DNA of 64,000 bases from Flavobacteriales bacterium (GTDB lineage: Bacteria > Bacteroidota > Bacteroidia > Palsa-965). This document shows, piece by piece, positions 47,523 through 57,467 of the stretch (positions are counted from its first letter, which is position 1; every line of letters starts with the position of its first letter). The position numbers and the translations under genes are program-made. The stretch is taken from contig JBEIPA010000026.1 in assembly GCA_040377305.1 (NCBI GenBank), forward strand, positions 1 through 64,000. Direction: 5' to 3'. The notes under the pieces are model-generated. The model saw nothing but the letters and a program-made list of their open reading frames with translations, did not search any database and was not told the origin of the DNA.

Positions 47523-48503
47523 ATGAAATTCCGTTTACTTGTCGCCTTGTGGCTTGGAACCGCCTTGTATTCCCGTGCCCAGGTGGGTGTTACCGTTGCT
47601 CCCTATCTATTTAGTACAGCATGGATGAGCCAGCTCTATTACAGTTCAGATGACTATGGAATTAACGCCTTAGGGTTCGACGCAACAGTGAATATCAGGA
47701 ATCGGGTTTATGGCGGCTTCTCCATGTTCAAACTCATGGGTGAAAAGAAACGAACCTTCACCGATAATGCTGGCGGTGGTCCACCTGCTGGAATGAATCA
47801 CCAGAACTTAGGATGGGCTGAAGGTCACATTGATTTTGCAGTCATTCGTAAACCCTGGGAAGACATGGACAAGTGGGCACCAGCACTGGCAATTCGCGGG
47901 GGATTTCTTTACAACACCCGAATGACAATGCTCGCACCACAAGTTGGAATGGACACAACGTATATACAGAATCCACCTTTTATCGTTGATTCCATTGTGC
48001 CACTGAATCGGTTTGATCTCACCGGCTTAAAACAAACCATGTTCACAGCGGGAATTTCAATCAAGATCATGCGTAAAAAGAAAGTTGATATGTCGGGATC
48101 AATGACCACCTGGAAGAACATTACGACCGGTGCTTCATTCATTACGTTTGGTGCCAATGAAGGCAGGAACTATTATTACCGTGTTCGACAATGGGACTTT
48201 TACTACGACTTTATTTATGCAGCGAATAGCATGTATGCCGATTATCAAGGTTGGGATGACCGCCAAATGGGCACACGTGATATCAAAGGCAACGACATTC
48301 CCGGAATAGAAAATATGGGATGGCGAGTTGGCGTGAAACACGTTGCGTTCAATCCACTTGGTTTGCAATGGGTGATCGAATACATGCAACTTCCTGGTCA
48401 GAAAGCAATGCCGGCTGTTGAAGATCTGGATGAGCCTACAAAGAAAAATCGTTTTCTCATCATCGGTCTGAACATGTCGCTTGGTTTCAACACGGGTGGA
48501 TAA
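47523..48503 (+). CDS. Hypothetical secreted/outer-membrane beta-rich protein
   Basis: Signal peptide; alternating aromatic beta-strands; C-terminal IIGLNMSLGF. Confidence 0.65.
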   Translation: MKFRLLVALWLGTALYSRAQVGVTVAPYLFSTAWMSQLYYSSDDYGINALGFDATVNIRNRVYGGFSMFKLMGEKKRTFTDNAGGGPPAGMNHQNLGWAEGHIDFAVIRKPWEDMDKWAPALAIRGGFLYNTRMTMLAPQVGMDTTYIQNPPFIVDSIVPLNRFDLTGLKQTMFTAGISIKIMRKKKVDMSGSMTTWKNITTGASFITFGANEGRNYYYRVRQWDFYYDFIYAANSMYADYQGWDDRQMGTRDIKGNDIPGIENMGWRVGVKHVAFNPLGLQWVIEYMQLPGQKAMPAVEDLDEPTKKNRFLIIGLNMSLGFNTGG

Positions 48504-48504
48504 T

Positions 48505-48537
48505 AAAAAAGACCCGAGAACATTTCTGTCTCAGGTC
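48505..48537 (-). terminator. Terminator of rpsP
   Basis: GACCTGAGA...TCTCGGGTC stem followed by T6 on the minus strand. Confidence 0.7.
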
Positions 48538-48587
48538 CTAGGTATATAGTCCCCCGAAAGGGATTCCGAAATGAATCGAAAGGTAGA

Positions 48588-49130
48588 TTAAGCGTTATCT
48601 GTATTCTCAGCTGCAGGTGCTTCTGCTTGCGCTTCAGCTTGTGGCTCTTCAGCAGCAGGTGCTTCAACAGGAGCAGCATTCTTAGCAGCAATCTTAGCAG
48701 CTTTTGCTTCTTTCGCAGCAGTTTCAGCCTTCAAACGAGCCGCAGCTTCGTTCTTCGCAGAACTTGAAAGGTTCGTCACTTTGCCTTCGATTTTAGAAGA
48801 CTTGTCATCGAGCCATTTTGCAAGCTTAGCATCAGCCTGATCTTGTGTAAGTGCTCCTTTTTCTACACCGCGGAAAAGGTGAATACGCATCATCACACCT
48901 TTGTACGAAAGAATCGCACGGCAAGTGTCTGTTGGCTGAGCTCCGGTTCTGATCCAATCGAATGCACGATCTGTGTCGATGTCGATTGTTGCAGGGTTAG
49001 TGTTCGGATTGTAAGTACCAATCTTTTCAATAAACTTCCCATCACGTGGGGCACGACCGTCCGCTACAACGATGTGGAAGAATGCAGATGCTTTCTTACC
49101 ATGGCGCTGTAATCTGATTTTGGTAGCCAT
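48588..49130 (-). CDS. rpsP: 30S ribosomal protein S16 (long Bacteroidota form)
   Basis: KIRLQRHG, DGRAPRDGKFIEKIGTYNP and GAQPTDT motifs; Ala/Glu-rich tail. Confidence 0.97.
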   Translation of the reverse strand: MATKIRLQRHGKKASAFFHIVVADGRAPRDGKFIEKIGTYNPNTNPATIDIDTDRAFDWIRTGAQPTDTCRAILSYKGVMMRIHLFRGVEKGALTQDQADAKLAKWLDDKSSKIEGKVTNLSSSAKNEAAARLKAETAAKEAKAAKIAAKNAAPVEAPAAEEPQAEAQAEAPAAENTDNA

Positions 49131-49243
49131 TCTATTTTTGTTTTAATTGTTTGTTCCCCAATCCCATCCGAATCCATCGGGCAGTCTTAATTGGGACGGC
49201 AAAAGTACTGATTTTCTTATGATAAACAAGATTCTGCATGGGA

Positions 49244-49351
49244 ATTAGGGTATTGGGGCACTGGGGCATTCAGGCTGGTGAAAATGCTTCCGGTAAGAAT
49301 TATCCCGACCATGCTAGCCCAAATGCCTCAATGCCCTAATGCCCCAATGCC
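49244..49351. repeat. Inverted pair of octamer arrays (ATTGGGGC)n ... (GCCCCAAT)n
   Basis: Four octamers at 49244-49275 and four complementary octamers at 49317-49348. Confidence 0.8.
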
Positions 49352-49363
49352 TATATTTGAGCC

Positions 49364-50092
49364 ATGAAAATCGCACTCCTCGGCTACGGCAAAATGGGCA
49401 AAATTATCCAGGAAATAGCTATTTCCCGAGGTCACACGGTGGTTCTCAAAGTCGACGAACACAACGCCAAAACGTACACAGATGCAGATTTAAAGGCTGC
49501 TGACGTTGCCATAGAATTTACGCGGCCGGATGCGGTGATTGCAAATATCCAGCGTTGCTTTTCAGTGGGTGTGCCGGTTGTGGTTGGAACTACAGGTTGG
49601 TACGATCATTTACCAGCGATTTCCGAAGAATGTAAAAAGTTGGGTGGCACGTTATTTCACGCGTCCAATTTCAGCATTGGTGTTAACCTCTTTTTCCAGA
49701 TTAACGAACGACTCGCTGAATTAATGAACGGATTTCCCGAATACGAAGTGGGTGTTGAGGAAATCCATCATGTTCATAAACTCGATGCACCAAGCGGAAC
49801 GGCGCTCACCATTGCAAACGGAGTAATGTCGAAACTTCCCCGAAAGAAAAACTGGAAATTGTACGAAAACGATGAGGAGGTTTTTGAAAATGATGCAGAG
49901 CTTCCTATTGTTTCAATTCGCGAAGGAGAAGTTCCGGGCACGCATACCGTTTCTTATATTTCTGATGTGGATCGTATCGATATCACACATGAAGCATTCA
50001 ACAGAAAAGGATTTGCATTGGGAGCTGTAGTTGCTGCAGAATGGACAAACGGTAAAAAAGGCGTGCACACCATGAAGGATTTGCTGGTGTAG
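49364..50092 (+). CDS. dapB: 4-hydroxy-tetrahydrodipicolinate reductase
   Basis: GYGKMG, GTTGW, NFSIG, EIHHVHKLDAPSGTA and GFALGA motifs. Confidence 0.97.
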   Translation: MKIALLGYGKMGKIIQEIAISRGHTVVLKVDEHNAKTYTDADLKAADVAIEFTRPDAVIANIQRCFSVGVPVVVGTTGWYDHLPAISEECKKLGGTLFHASNFSIGVNLFFQINERLAELMNGFPEYEVGVEEIHHVHKLDAPSGTALTIANGVMSKLPRKKNWKLYENDEEVFENDAELPIVSIREGEVPGTHTVSYISDVDRIDITHEAFNRKGFALGAVVAAEWTNGKKGVHTMKDLLV

Positions 50093-50286
50093 CGTGGTGT
50101 CATGTCCCGATAGCTATCGGGATCGACCTGACACAGCGAAGCCACTCATGTTGATTGCACACCTTTCGCCACAAAACCAACGTTAACACCGGTTAAAAAA
50201 CCAGAAAACATATACTAAATCCAAATCATCTTCGTCTATTCGCCATGCTGTAACTAACTTGCAGCGCCTTAGCATTAAACCTCATT

Positions 50287-51945
50287 ATGGGATACGTTTT
50301 ATTAGTTTGTTTCATTCTCCTTTTCGTTGGACTTTACGGTGTTTTTCAAAAAGCTGGTGAAGCGGGATGGAAAGCATTAGTTCCGGTTTATAACATTGTA
50401 ATCTGGCTCAAGATTCTTCAGAAACCATGGTGGTGGGTTTTCCTTGTGATCATTCCTGCTGTTGGATTCTACATGGTGGCGGTACTCGTTGTTCTTACTG
50501 CGAATTGCTTCGGCAAGAAAAAATTCGGTGAACATGTTCTTGCTGTAATCGGATTCTTCGCATTCATTCCCTGGCTCGGATTTTCTAAGGAACAGGAATG
50601 GAAAGGTGTTCCTCCAAAAGAAGAATCACGCCACTGGTTAAAGGAATGGGGCGAAGCCGGTGTATTCGCAGTGGTTGCTGCTACATTAATCCGGACATTT
50701 TTCTTCGAGGCGTTTGTCATTCCGTCGTCCTCAATGGAAAGTACGCTTCTTGTGGGCGATTATCTTTTCGTGAGCAAGATGAGCTATGGCGCAAAAGTTC
50801 CCTCTATTCCGCTGACATTTCCATTCACACACAACACACTTCCGTTCTCAGAAACAACACCATCATATGTGGACTGGGTTGAATTACCTGAGATGCGACT
50901 TCCTGGATGGAGTGATGTAGAACGTGGTGACATTGTCGTATTCAATTTCCCTGAAGGTGATACGGTTTGGACCGGGGATCGCAACAGAAGTTACTACGGG
51001 TATTTGCGTGAACAAGCTGTTAATGGCAGAACGCAAAATGATGTAAGGAGAGTGCTCATAGAAAATGAATCCATTATAGTTCATCCTGTTGATAAAGAAG
51101 ATAACTACGTCAAGCGTTGTGTTGCAGCGTCGGGTGATGTGATTGAAATCCGTGACCGAATGATTTTCATTAATGGGAAACAGGAAAAACTTCCGCAGTA
51201 TGCGCAGTTTGCGTGGAATTTCCGTTCGGATGAAATGAGGAGGAGGTCAGAGGAATACTTCCAAAAGTTTAATGATATCGGAATTCAGAATCGTGAAATT
51301 TATAATGTCGGTGGTGATTCAATCTTTGATCTGCAGATGTCATTGCCAGAAAGTGCAGCATCACAATTTAAAATGATTGTTGATACTGCGTCTCCATTAA
51401 TCTTCGCGAAGGGCAAGTTTCTAATGGACGATGTGTTCCCTCACGACACTGCTCACTTCAAATGGAACCGTGACAACTATGGACCACTGTTGATTCCCAA
51501 AGAGGGTATGACCGTTCATCTTACACCAGACAGTCTGGTGTTGTATGAGCGTGTGATTAGGGTTTACGAAGGCAACAAACTCGAAGTGAAAAATGGAACG
51601 ATTTACATCAATGATAAAGCTTCAACAACATATACGTTCAAGCAGAACTATTATTTCATGATGGGCGACAATCGCCACAATTCACTGGACTCGCGTTACT
51701 GGGGATATGTTCCTGAAGATCATGTAGTAGGGAAACCTGTTTTCGTGTGGATGTCGAAAGGCGAGTTCTCCGGGTTCCGTCCCGATCGTATGATGTCATT
51801 CGTTGGCAAAGACGGACTTTCGAAGTCGTATCTCTGGTATGTTCTGTTCGCAATTGCGGCTTACTCCGGTTGGAGCTGGTACCGCAACAAGAAGAAGATG
51901 GACGCCGAGAAGAAAAAGCCTGCCTTCCAGAAAAAGAAGAAGTAG
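50287..51945 (+). CDS. lepB: Signal peptidase I with N-terminal membrane domain
   Basis: IPSSSMESTLLVGD (Ser), YVKRC (Lys) and MGDNRHNSLDSRYWG motifs. Confidence 0.95.
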   Translation: MGYVLLVCFILLFVGLYGVFQKAGEAGWKALVPVYNIVIWLKILQKPWWWVFLVIIPAVGFYMVAVLVVLTANCFGKKKFGEHVLAVIGFFAFIPWLGFSKEQEWKGVPPKEESRHWLKEWGEAGVFAVVAATLIRTFFFEAFVIPSSSMESTLLVGDYLFVSKMSYGAKVPSIPLTFPFTHNTLPFSETTPSYVDWVELPEMRLPGWSDVERGDIVVFNFPEGDTVWTGDRNRSYYGYLREQAVNGRTQNDVRRVLIENESIIVHPVDKEDNYVKRCVAASGDVIEIRDRMIFINGKQEKLPQYAQFAWNFRSDEMRRRSEEYFQKFNDIGIQNREIYNVGGDSIFDLQMSLPESAASQFKMIVDTASPLIFAKGKFLMDDVFPHDTAHFKWNRDNYGPLLIPKEGMTVHLTPDSLVLYERVIRVYEGNKLEVKNGTIYINDKASTTYTFKQNYYFMMGDNRHNSLDSRYWGYVPEDHVVGKPVFVWMSKGEFSGFRPDRMMSFVGKDGLSKSYLWYVLFAIAAYSGWSWYRNKKKMDAEKKKPAFQKKKK

Positions 51946-51954
51946 TTTTATCGT

Positions 51955-53184
51955 ATGGAAGAAAATCCGACGGTAATTGACAATGAAAACTCACCCGAAG
52001 AAAATTCGGAGGAGAATTCATTTGCCTCGGACGATCCATCTGCCGATTACGAACTGACTGCTATTGCCTCTGCGACTTCGCCGGAGTCTTCGAATGAGCC
52101 TTCATCCTCTTCGAAGAAAAAAAAATCCATATTAAGGGAATGGTCCGAAGCCGTAGTCGTGGCTTTTGTTGGTGTGATCATTCTCAAAGCATTTTTCTTC
52201 GAGCCGTTTGCAATTCCCTCCGATTCCATGAGCGGAACGTTGATGGCAGGCGATTACGTTGTGGTGAATAAACTTTCCTTCGGCGCGCGTATTCCGATTA
52301 CACCACTCACCATTCCATTCACGCATCAAACCGTTTTCGGAATGAAATCGTATTCCGATGCATGGCAACTTCCGTACATGCGCATTCCCGGATTCGGAGG
52401 AATTGATCGCAACGATGTAATTGTGTTCAACTTTCCTGCTGAGGAATTATTTCCGCTAGACACTTTTCCGAACGATTATCCGATCGATCACCGCACACAT
52501 TTTATAAAACGATGTATCGCTTTGCCGGGAGATACATTGCAGATCACCGCGAAGAACGTTTTCATCAATGGCGCTGATGCCGGATTTCCGGTTCATGCCA
52601 TGTACAATTACGTAATCAAGATCGACACCGCAAAAGCCGATTCAGTCAATCTACTTCCGCTAGGAATGGTACGCGAAAGTCAGCAAGGAAAATACAACTA
52701 CTACACCATCACCATGAAGCCGCAACGTGCCGACAGTCTGCGGTTGAATCCGAAAATCATCAGCGTAGAACCCGAGCTTTCTCCGAATGGAAGCTTCGAT
52801 GAACAGGTATTCCCTCACTCCGAAAAGCTTTCCTGGAATCTTGACCATTACGGTCCGCTGATCATTCCGAAGGCCGGTGCAACCATTCACCTGAGTGTAG
52901 ATTCACTCGATTTGTGGGAACGCATTATCGTGAACTACGAACACAATGAAATGGTGGTGAAAGATGATTCCATTTTCATCAATGGTCAATATACCGAGAC
53001 GTACACGTTTCAGATGGACTACTTCTTCGTGATGGGCGACAACCGTCACTTTTCCATGGACTCCCGCTACTGGGGATTTGTTCCCGAAGATCACATCGTA
53101 GGAATTGCCACGATGATTTTATTTTCGGTGGATAAACAGAATGGCGGTGTGCGTTGGGGCAGAACATTCTCCTCGATCGAATAG
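51955..53184 (+). CDS. lepB: Second signal peptidase I
   Basis: IPSDSMSGTLMAGD, FIKRC and MGDNRHFSMDSRYWG motifs; acidic/Ser-rich N-terminus. Confidence 0.92.
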   Translation: MEENPTVIDNENSPEENSEENSFASDDPSADYELTAIASATSPESSNEPSSSSKKKKSILREWSEAVVVAFVGVIILKAFFFEPFAIPSDSMSGTLMAGDYVVVNKLSFGARIPITPLTIPFTHQTVFGMKSYSDAWQLPYMRIPGFGGIDRNDVIVFNFPAEELFPLDTFPNDYPIDHRTHFIKRCIALPGDTLQITAKNVFINGADAGFPVHAMYNYVIKIDTAKADSVNLLPLGMVRESQQGKYNYYTITMKPQRADSLRLNPKIISVEPELSPNGSFDEQVFPHSEKLSWNLDHYGPLIIPKAGATIHLSVDSLDLWERIIVNYEHNEMVVKDDSIFINGQYTETYTFQMDYFFVMGDNRHFSMDSRYWGFVPEDHIVGIATMILFSVDKQNGGVRWGRTFSSIE

Positions 53185-53540
53185 CTTTTAAACACATAGG
53201 ATCATAGCCCGTTGTTTTCTTGTTGGGCGAAAGAACTTCATAGAGCACAAGAAGCAATATCGCTGAGCGATATTCTCATGTGAACTATGTATGATTCGCT
53301 TCGGCGAATCAACTTTTAAGCTTAGTACGTCACTATGTGCGTTGAGGCAGGATATTCTCCTCGATCAATTAGCTTTTAAACACATAGGATCATAGCCCGT
53401 TGTTTTCTTGTTGGGCGAAAGAACTTCATAGAGCACAAGAAGCAATATCGCTGAGCGATATTCTCATGTGAACTATGTATGATTCGATTCGGCGAATCAA
53501 CTTTTAAGCTTAGTACGTCACTATGATCCTATGTGTTTAA
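53149..53540. repeat. MITE-like element (20-bp TIR) within a 188-bp tandem duplication that includes the lepB 3' end
   Basis: TTAAACACATAGGATCATAG at 53188 and 53376, with the inverse CTATGATCCTATGTGTTTAA at 53521-53540; period 188 bp. Confidence 0.9.
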
Positions 53541-53554
53541 CTTTAGCCACCATT

Positions 53555-54337
53555 ATGCCCGAATTCTACTCCGAACTCACCTTCTGGTTTCTCATGCTCG
53601 CCGGTTTCACCGCAGGCTATGTTGATTCCATCGTAGGTGGAGGAGGATTGATTCAGCTTCCTGCATTCTTTCTCGCATTTCCGCATCTCGCTCCGGCAAT
53701 GGTTCTCGGTTCAAACAAGTTCGCGGGATTCTCAGGTACATCACTCGCAGCCATTCGTTACGTGCGCAGCACACCCGTGCAATGGCGTGCAGTTGGACCT
53801 GCAATTTTCACTGCACTCATTTGCGGGTGGATCGGCGCTGATCTCGTTCAGTATCTCGACAAGGAAATGATTCGTCCCGTCATTCTCGTATTGCTGATTT
53901 GCGTTGCGATCTACACATTCCTCAAAAAAGATTTCGGCATCAAAACCAAAGAAGGTGTGCAGGGAAATGCTGTCATCGTTTGGTCTTTACTCACTGGCGC
54001 CGTTCTCGGTTTGTATGATGGATTCTTCGGTCCCGGCACAGGCAGTTTTCTCATTGTAATTTACATCAGCATTTTCGGTTTCGATTTTCTGAACGCATCA
54101 GTGAGTGCGAAAATCATCAACTGCGCGACGAATGTTGCTGCACTTGCGGCTTTCATCTGGAGCGGTAGCATTGCCTGGGAAATTGCCATTCCACTTGCGC
54201 TATTCAACATGACCGGTGCCTGGCTCGGCGTAAAAACTGCCTTGACCCGTGGAAGAGAATTTGTCAGAGTGTTTTTTTTGGTTGTGGTTTCGGCAATGAT
54301 TGCGAAGTTTGCGTATGATCTTTTCTTTTCAAGTTGA
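53555..54337 (+). CDS. Sulfite exporter TauE/SafE (TSUP) family membrane protein
   Basis: AGYVDSIVGGGGLIQLP and GLYDGFFGPGTGSF motifs. Confidence 0.92.
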   Translation: MPEFYSELTFWFLMLAGFTAGYVDSIVGGGGLIQLPAFFLAFPHLAPAMVLGSNKFAGFSGTSLAAIRYVRSTPVQWRAVGPAIFTALICGWIGADLVQYLDKEMIRPVILVLLICVAIYTFLKKDFGIKTKEGVQGNAVIVWSLLTGAVLGLYDGFFGPGTGSFLIVIYISIFGFDFLNASVSAKIINCATNVAALAAFIWSGSIAWEIAIPLALFNMTGAWLGVKTALTRGREFVRVFFLVVVSAMIAKFAYDLFFSS

Positions 54338-54381
54338 ACGTTGAAAATTTGGCGTTTGGCATTGAGCGTTACCTTTAGACC

Positions 54382-54987
54382 GTGAATTCTGCAGCGATAT
54401 TATCAACGGCCTACTTCCCTCCCATTCCATGGGTAGCCGCTGCTGTGCGTAGCGAAAATCCAATCATCGATATCCACGAACATTACATCAAACAAACCTG
54501 TCGCAATCGCTGCTCCATCATCACCGCAAACGGATTGATGAATCTTGTTGTGCCAGTAGAGCAATACCGAAATCACACACCTGTTGCTGCAATCAAGGTC
54601 GACTATGCAACCGACTGGCAACGCGTTCATGAACACGCCATTCGTTCTGCGTATGGGAAGTCGGCATTCTTTGAATTTTATGCCGACAAGATTCTGCCCA
54701 TTTACGAAACGCAACCCGAATATCTGACCGAGTGGAATGATATGTGTCTGAGCGCAGTTACTTCACTGCTGAAGCTGAATCTCAACATTCAAACATCGAC
54801 CGAATACGTTGAGGCAAACGGTCAGGTCGACTTGCGTTCAGCTGCCTTTGAAGTGAGACCCGAATCCAAGCCGGTTTATACCCAGGTTTTCATGGAACGG
54901 CATGGATTTCATTCGGGATTATCAATTCTGGACGTGCTGTTCTGTTGTGGGCCCGAAACCAAAGAAATAATGCACCGCACCCTGTAA
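54382..54987 (+). CDS. WbqC-like family protein
   Basis: STAYFPP, KQTCRNRC, AYGKSAFFEFY and LSILDVLF motifs. Confidence 0.9.
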   Translation: MNSAAILSTAYFPPIPWVAAAVRSENPIIDIHEHYIKQTCRNRCSIITANGLMNLVVPVEQYRNHTPVAAIKVDYATDWQRVHEHAIRSAYGKSAFFEFYADKILPIYETQPEYLTEWNDMCLSAVTSLLKLNLNIQTSTEYVEANGQVDLRSAAFEVRPESKPVYTQVFMERHGFHSGLSILDVLFCCGPETKEIMHRTL

Positions 54988-55166
54988 CTATTTCGTAATT
55001 TGTTCGTCTGACGTTCAGATAATTCCTTGTCATTCCTCGGTACAGCGATATTTATGAATCAAATTGCTCCGCAGGTTTCCGCGCTTACTCGGTCTGACAA
55101 CGAACCACTGCATACTTCAACACATTGGCATATCGGCATATTGGCATACCGGCACATCCTCTCGTT

Positions 55167-57467
55167 ATGAGCGTAAGACTACTTTTAATTTTAATCCTAG
55201 TGCTAAGCGGAGGACATTTCCTTCGGGCCCAAACCCAATTCACCATTAGCGGAACCGTATCTGATTCATCCAGCAACGAAAGCTTAATCGGCGCCATAGT
55301 TTCCGTCAAGGGAACCCAGAATGGAATGGCGACCAACGTTTACGGGTTCTTTTCCCTCACTCTTCCTGAAGGCGAATATGAACTAGTTGTTAAGTACACG
55401 GGCTACACGGCGAAAACAATTGTGGTGAGCCTCCATGCAAATACCGAACTCAACATTCCGATCAGTAATTCTTCATCGCAAATGAAGGAAGTAGTAATCA
55501 CTGCGGAGAAAGACAAAAACGCAGAACAGATTACTTCCACGCAAATGAGTGCGATCAGCATTCCTGTCGAACAGATTCGTTATGTGCCTACAATTGGTGG
55601 AGAAACGGATGTAATCAAAGTAATGCAGCTCATGCCCGGTGTGAAACGCGGTGGTGAAGGTCAGAACACGATGCTGGTTCGTGGCGGATCGGGTGATGAC
55701 AATCTGATTCTTCTTGACGAAGCAACCGTGTACAATGTATCGCACTTGTTCGGATTCTTCTCCGTCTTTAATAATGATGCGCTGAAAGAAGTCACCATGT
55801 ACAAAGGCGGATTTCCTTCCCAGTACGGAGGTCGTGTTTCCAGCGTCATGGATATTCGCATGAAAGACGGAGACATGCAGAAGTATCGCGTCGATGGTGG
55901 AATAGGTCTGCTTTCTTCTCACCTCACGATTCAGGGTCCGATCAAGAAAGACACGTGCTCATTCATTCTCTCCGGAAGACGTTCGTACATCGATCAGGTG
56001 TTTCGTCTCGCCTACGGACAGGACATTCTTCCGTATTATTTCTACGATGCAACGCTGAAAGTAAACTACAAGCTCAATCAGAACAACCGCTTCTTCGTGA
56101 GCACGTATGTTGGCGATGATGTATTGCGTCCACCTAAAATGGACAGCAGCTTGTTCGATGGCGGATTTCGTCTCGGAAATTTTACGACTACTGCGCGTTG
56201 GAACCACGTCTTCAATCAGAAACTGTTCTCCAACATGTCGTTCATTCACACGCGTTTTCGTTACGACGTTGAAGCGAACATTCCGGGAAATTCATTCCTG
56301 GCGAAATCTCGTATCGCCGACTTCGGGTTGAAGTACGATTTCAGTTACTACAAAGATCCGCGCAACACGTATCGTTATGGATTCATGGGAACTTTCCACG
56401 GCTTCCGTCCGAATGTTGTAAATACAGCAGGAACCATTTCCGATTTTGTTCGCTCGCGGGAAGGAGAACTCGTTGTGAATTTCGAATCCGGAATTTACTT
56501 CTCGCACGAATGGCAGGCATTGGACAATCTGAATATCTCGTACGGATTCCGTCAGTCTTTCCTCGCCGCGAAAGATGCATTCTATACTTCTCCTGAGCCG
56601 CGGGTTGCAGGAACGTATGTGATCAACGATCATCAGTCGATCAAGCTCAGCTATAGCCGCATGACGCAATACTTACACCTCGTGTCGAGCTCCGCCATAG
56701 CATTGCCTACGGATTTGTGGTATCCCGTAACGAAACGCGTGAAACCCATTTACTCGGATCAGATTGCGGCTGGCTACAATCACAATTTCCCGAGACTGAA
56801 ATCAATTGTGTCAGTGGAAGTGTATTACAAGTACCTGCACAATCTCATCGAATATCGCGAAGGTGCAGTTCTCATTCTCAACGACAACTACGAGAACGAA
56901 TTGATTTCCGGCGATGGAGAATCGTATGGCGCAGAATTTTTCTTCCAGCGAAATTCCGGAAAGCTCACCGGGTGGATTGGATACACGATCTCGTGGACGA
57001 CACGCACATTCGCAGGACTGAACAACGGCCAAGAGTATTACGCACGTTATGATCGTCGTCACGACTTATCGGTTGTTGCAACCTGGGAAGCAACGCCACG
57101 GTTTGTACTTTCTGCAGTGTGGGTTTACTCAACCGGGCAACGTTTCACACCGGTTATCGGCTATTTCCTCATGCCGAATTCATCCACCACAAACGTAAAC
57201 ACGCTTCCGATTTACGGAGATCGCAACTCAACTATTCTTCCCTCGGCACATCGACTCGATATCAGTTTAACATTCAAATCAAAAGCGGTGAGCAATCGCA
57301 AATGGCTGAAGTGGCAGGGAGAATGGAGCATCGGCGCTTACAACTTCTACAATCGTGCACAACCTTATCGTATAGAACTTGAATCGAATCCCGATGGCAG
57401 CGTGAAATACGTTTCCAAAGGCTTGTTCGGCTTTATCCCATTCATCGCATATAACTTCCGTTTCTAA
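55167..57467 (+). CDS. TonB-dependent receptor with N-terminal carboxypeptidase-regulatory-like domain
   Basis: TISGTVSD...TNVYGFFSL; plug VRGG...NLILLD...HLFGFFS; barrel ending YNFRF. Confidence 0.92.
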   Translation: MSVRLLLILILVLSGGHFLRAQTQFTISGTVSDSSSNESLIGAIVSVKGTQNGMATNVYGFFSLTLPEGEYELVVKYTGYTAKTIVVSLHANTELNIPISNSSSQMKEVVITAEKDKNAEQITSTQMSAISIPVEQIRYVPTIGGETDVIKVMQLMPGVKRGGEGQNTMLVRGGSGDDNLILLDEATVYNVSHLFGFFSVFNNDALKEVTMYKGGFPSQYGGRVSSVMDIRMKDGDMQKYRVDGGIGLLSSHLTIQGPIKKDTCSFILSGRRSYIDQVFRLAYGQDILPYYFYDATLKVNYKLNQNNRFFVSTYVGDDVLRPPKMDSSLFDGGFRLGNFTTTARWNHVFNQKLFSNMSFIHTRFRYDVEANIPGNSFLAKSRIADFGLKYDFSYYKDPRNTYRYGFMGTFHGFRPNVVNTAGTISDFVRSREGELVVNFESGIYFSHEWQALDNLNISYGFRQSFLAAKDAFYTSPEPRVAGTYVINDHQSIKLSYSRMTQYLHLVSSSAIALPTDLWYPVTKRVKPIYSDQIAAGYNHNFPRLKSIVSVEVYYKYLHNLIEYREGAVLILNDNYENELISGDGESYGAEFFFQRNSGKLTGWIGYTISWTTRTFAGLNNGQEYYARYDRRHDLSVVATWEATPRFVLSAVWVYSTGQRFTPVIGYFLMPNSSTTNVNTLPIYGDRNSTILPSAHRLDISLTFKSKAVSNRKWLKWQGEWSIGAYNFYNRAQPYRIELESNPDGSVKYVSKGLFGFIPFIAYNFRF

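Noticed and set aside
50287-53184. Two tandem signal peptidases as a novelty
   Set aside because: Both have normal Ser/Lys motifs, and dapB-lepB-lepB-wbqC is a familiar Bacteroidota arrangement.
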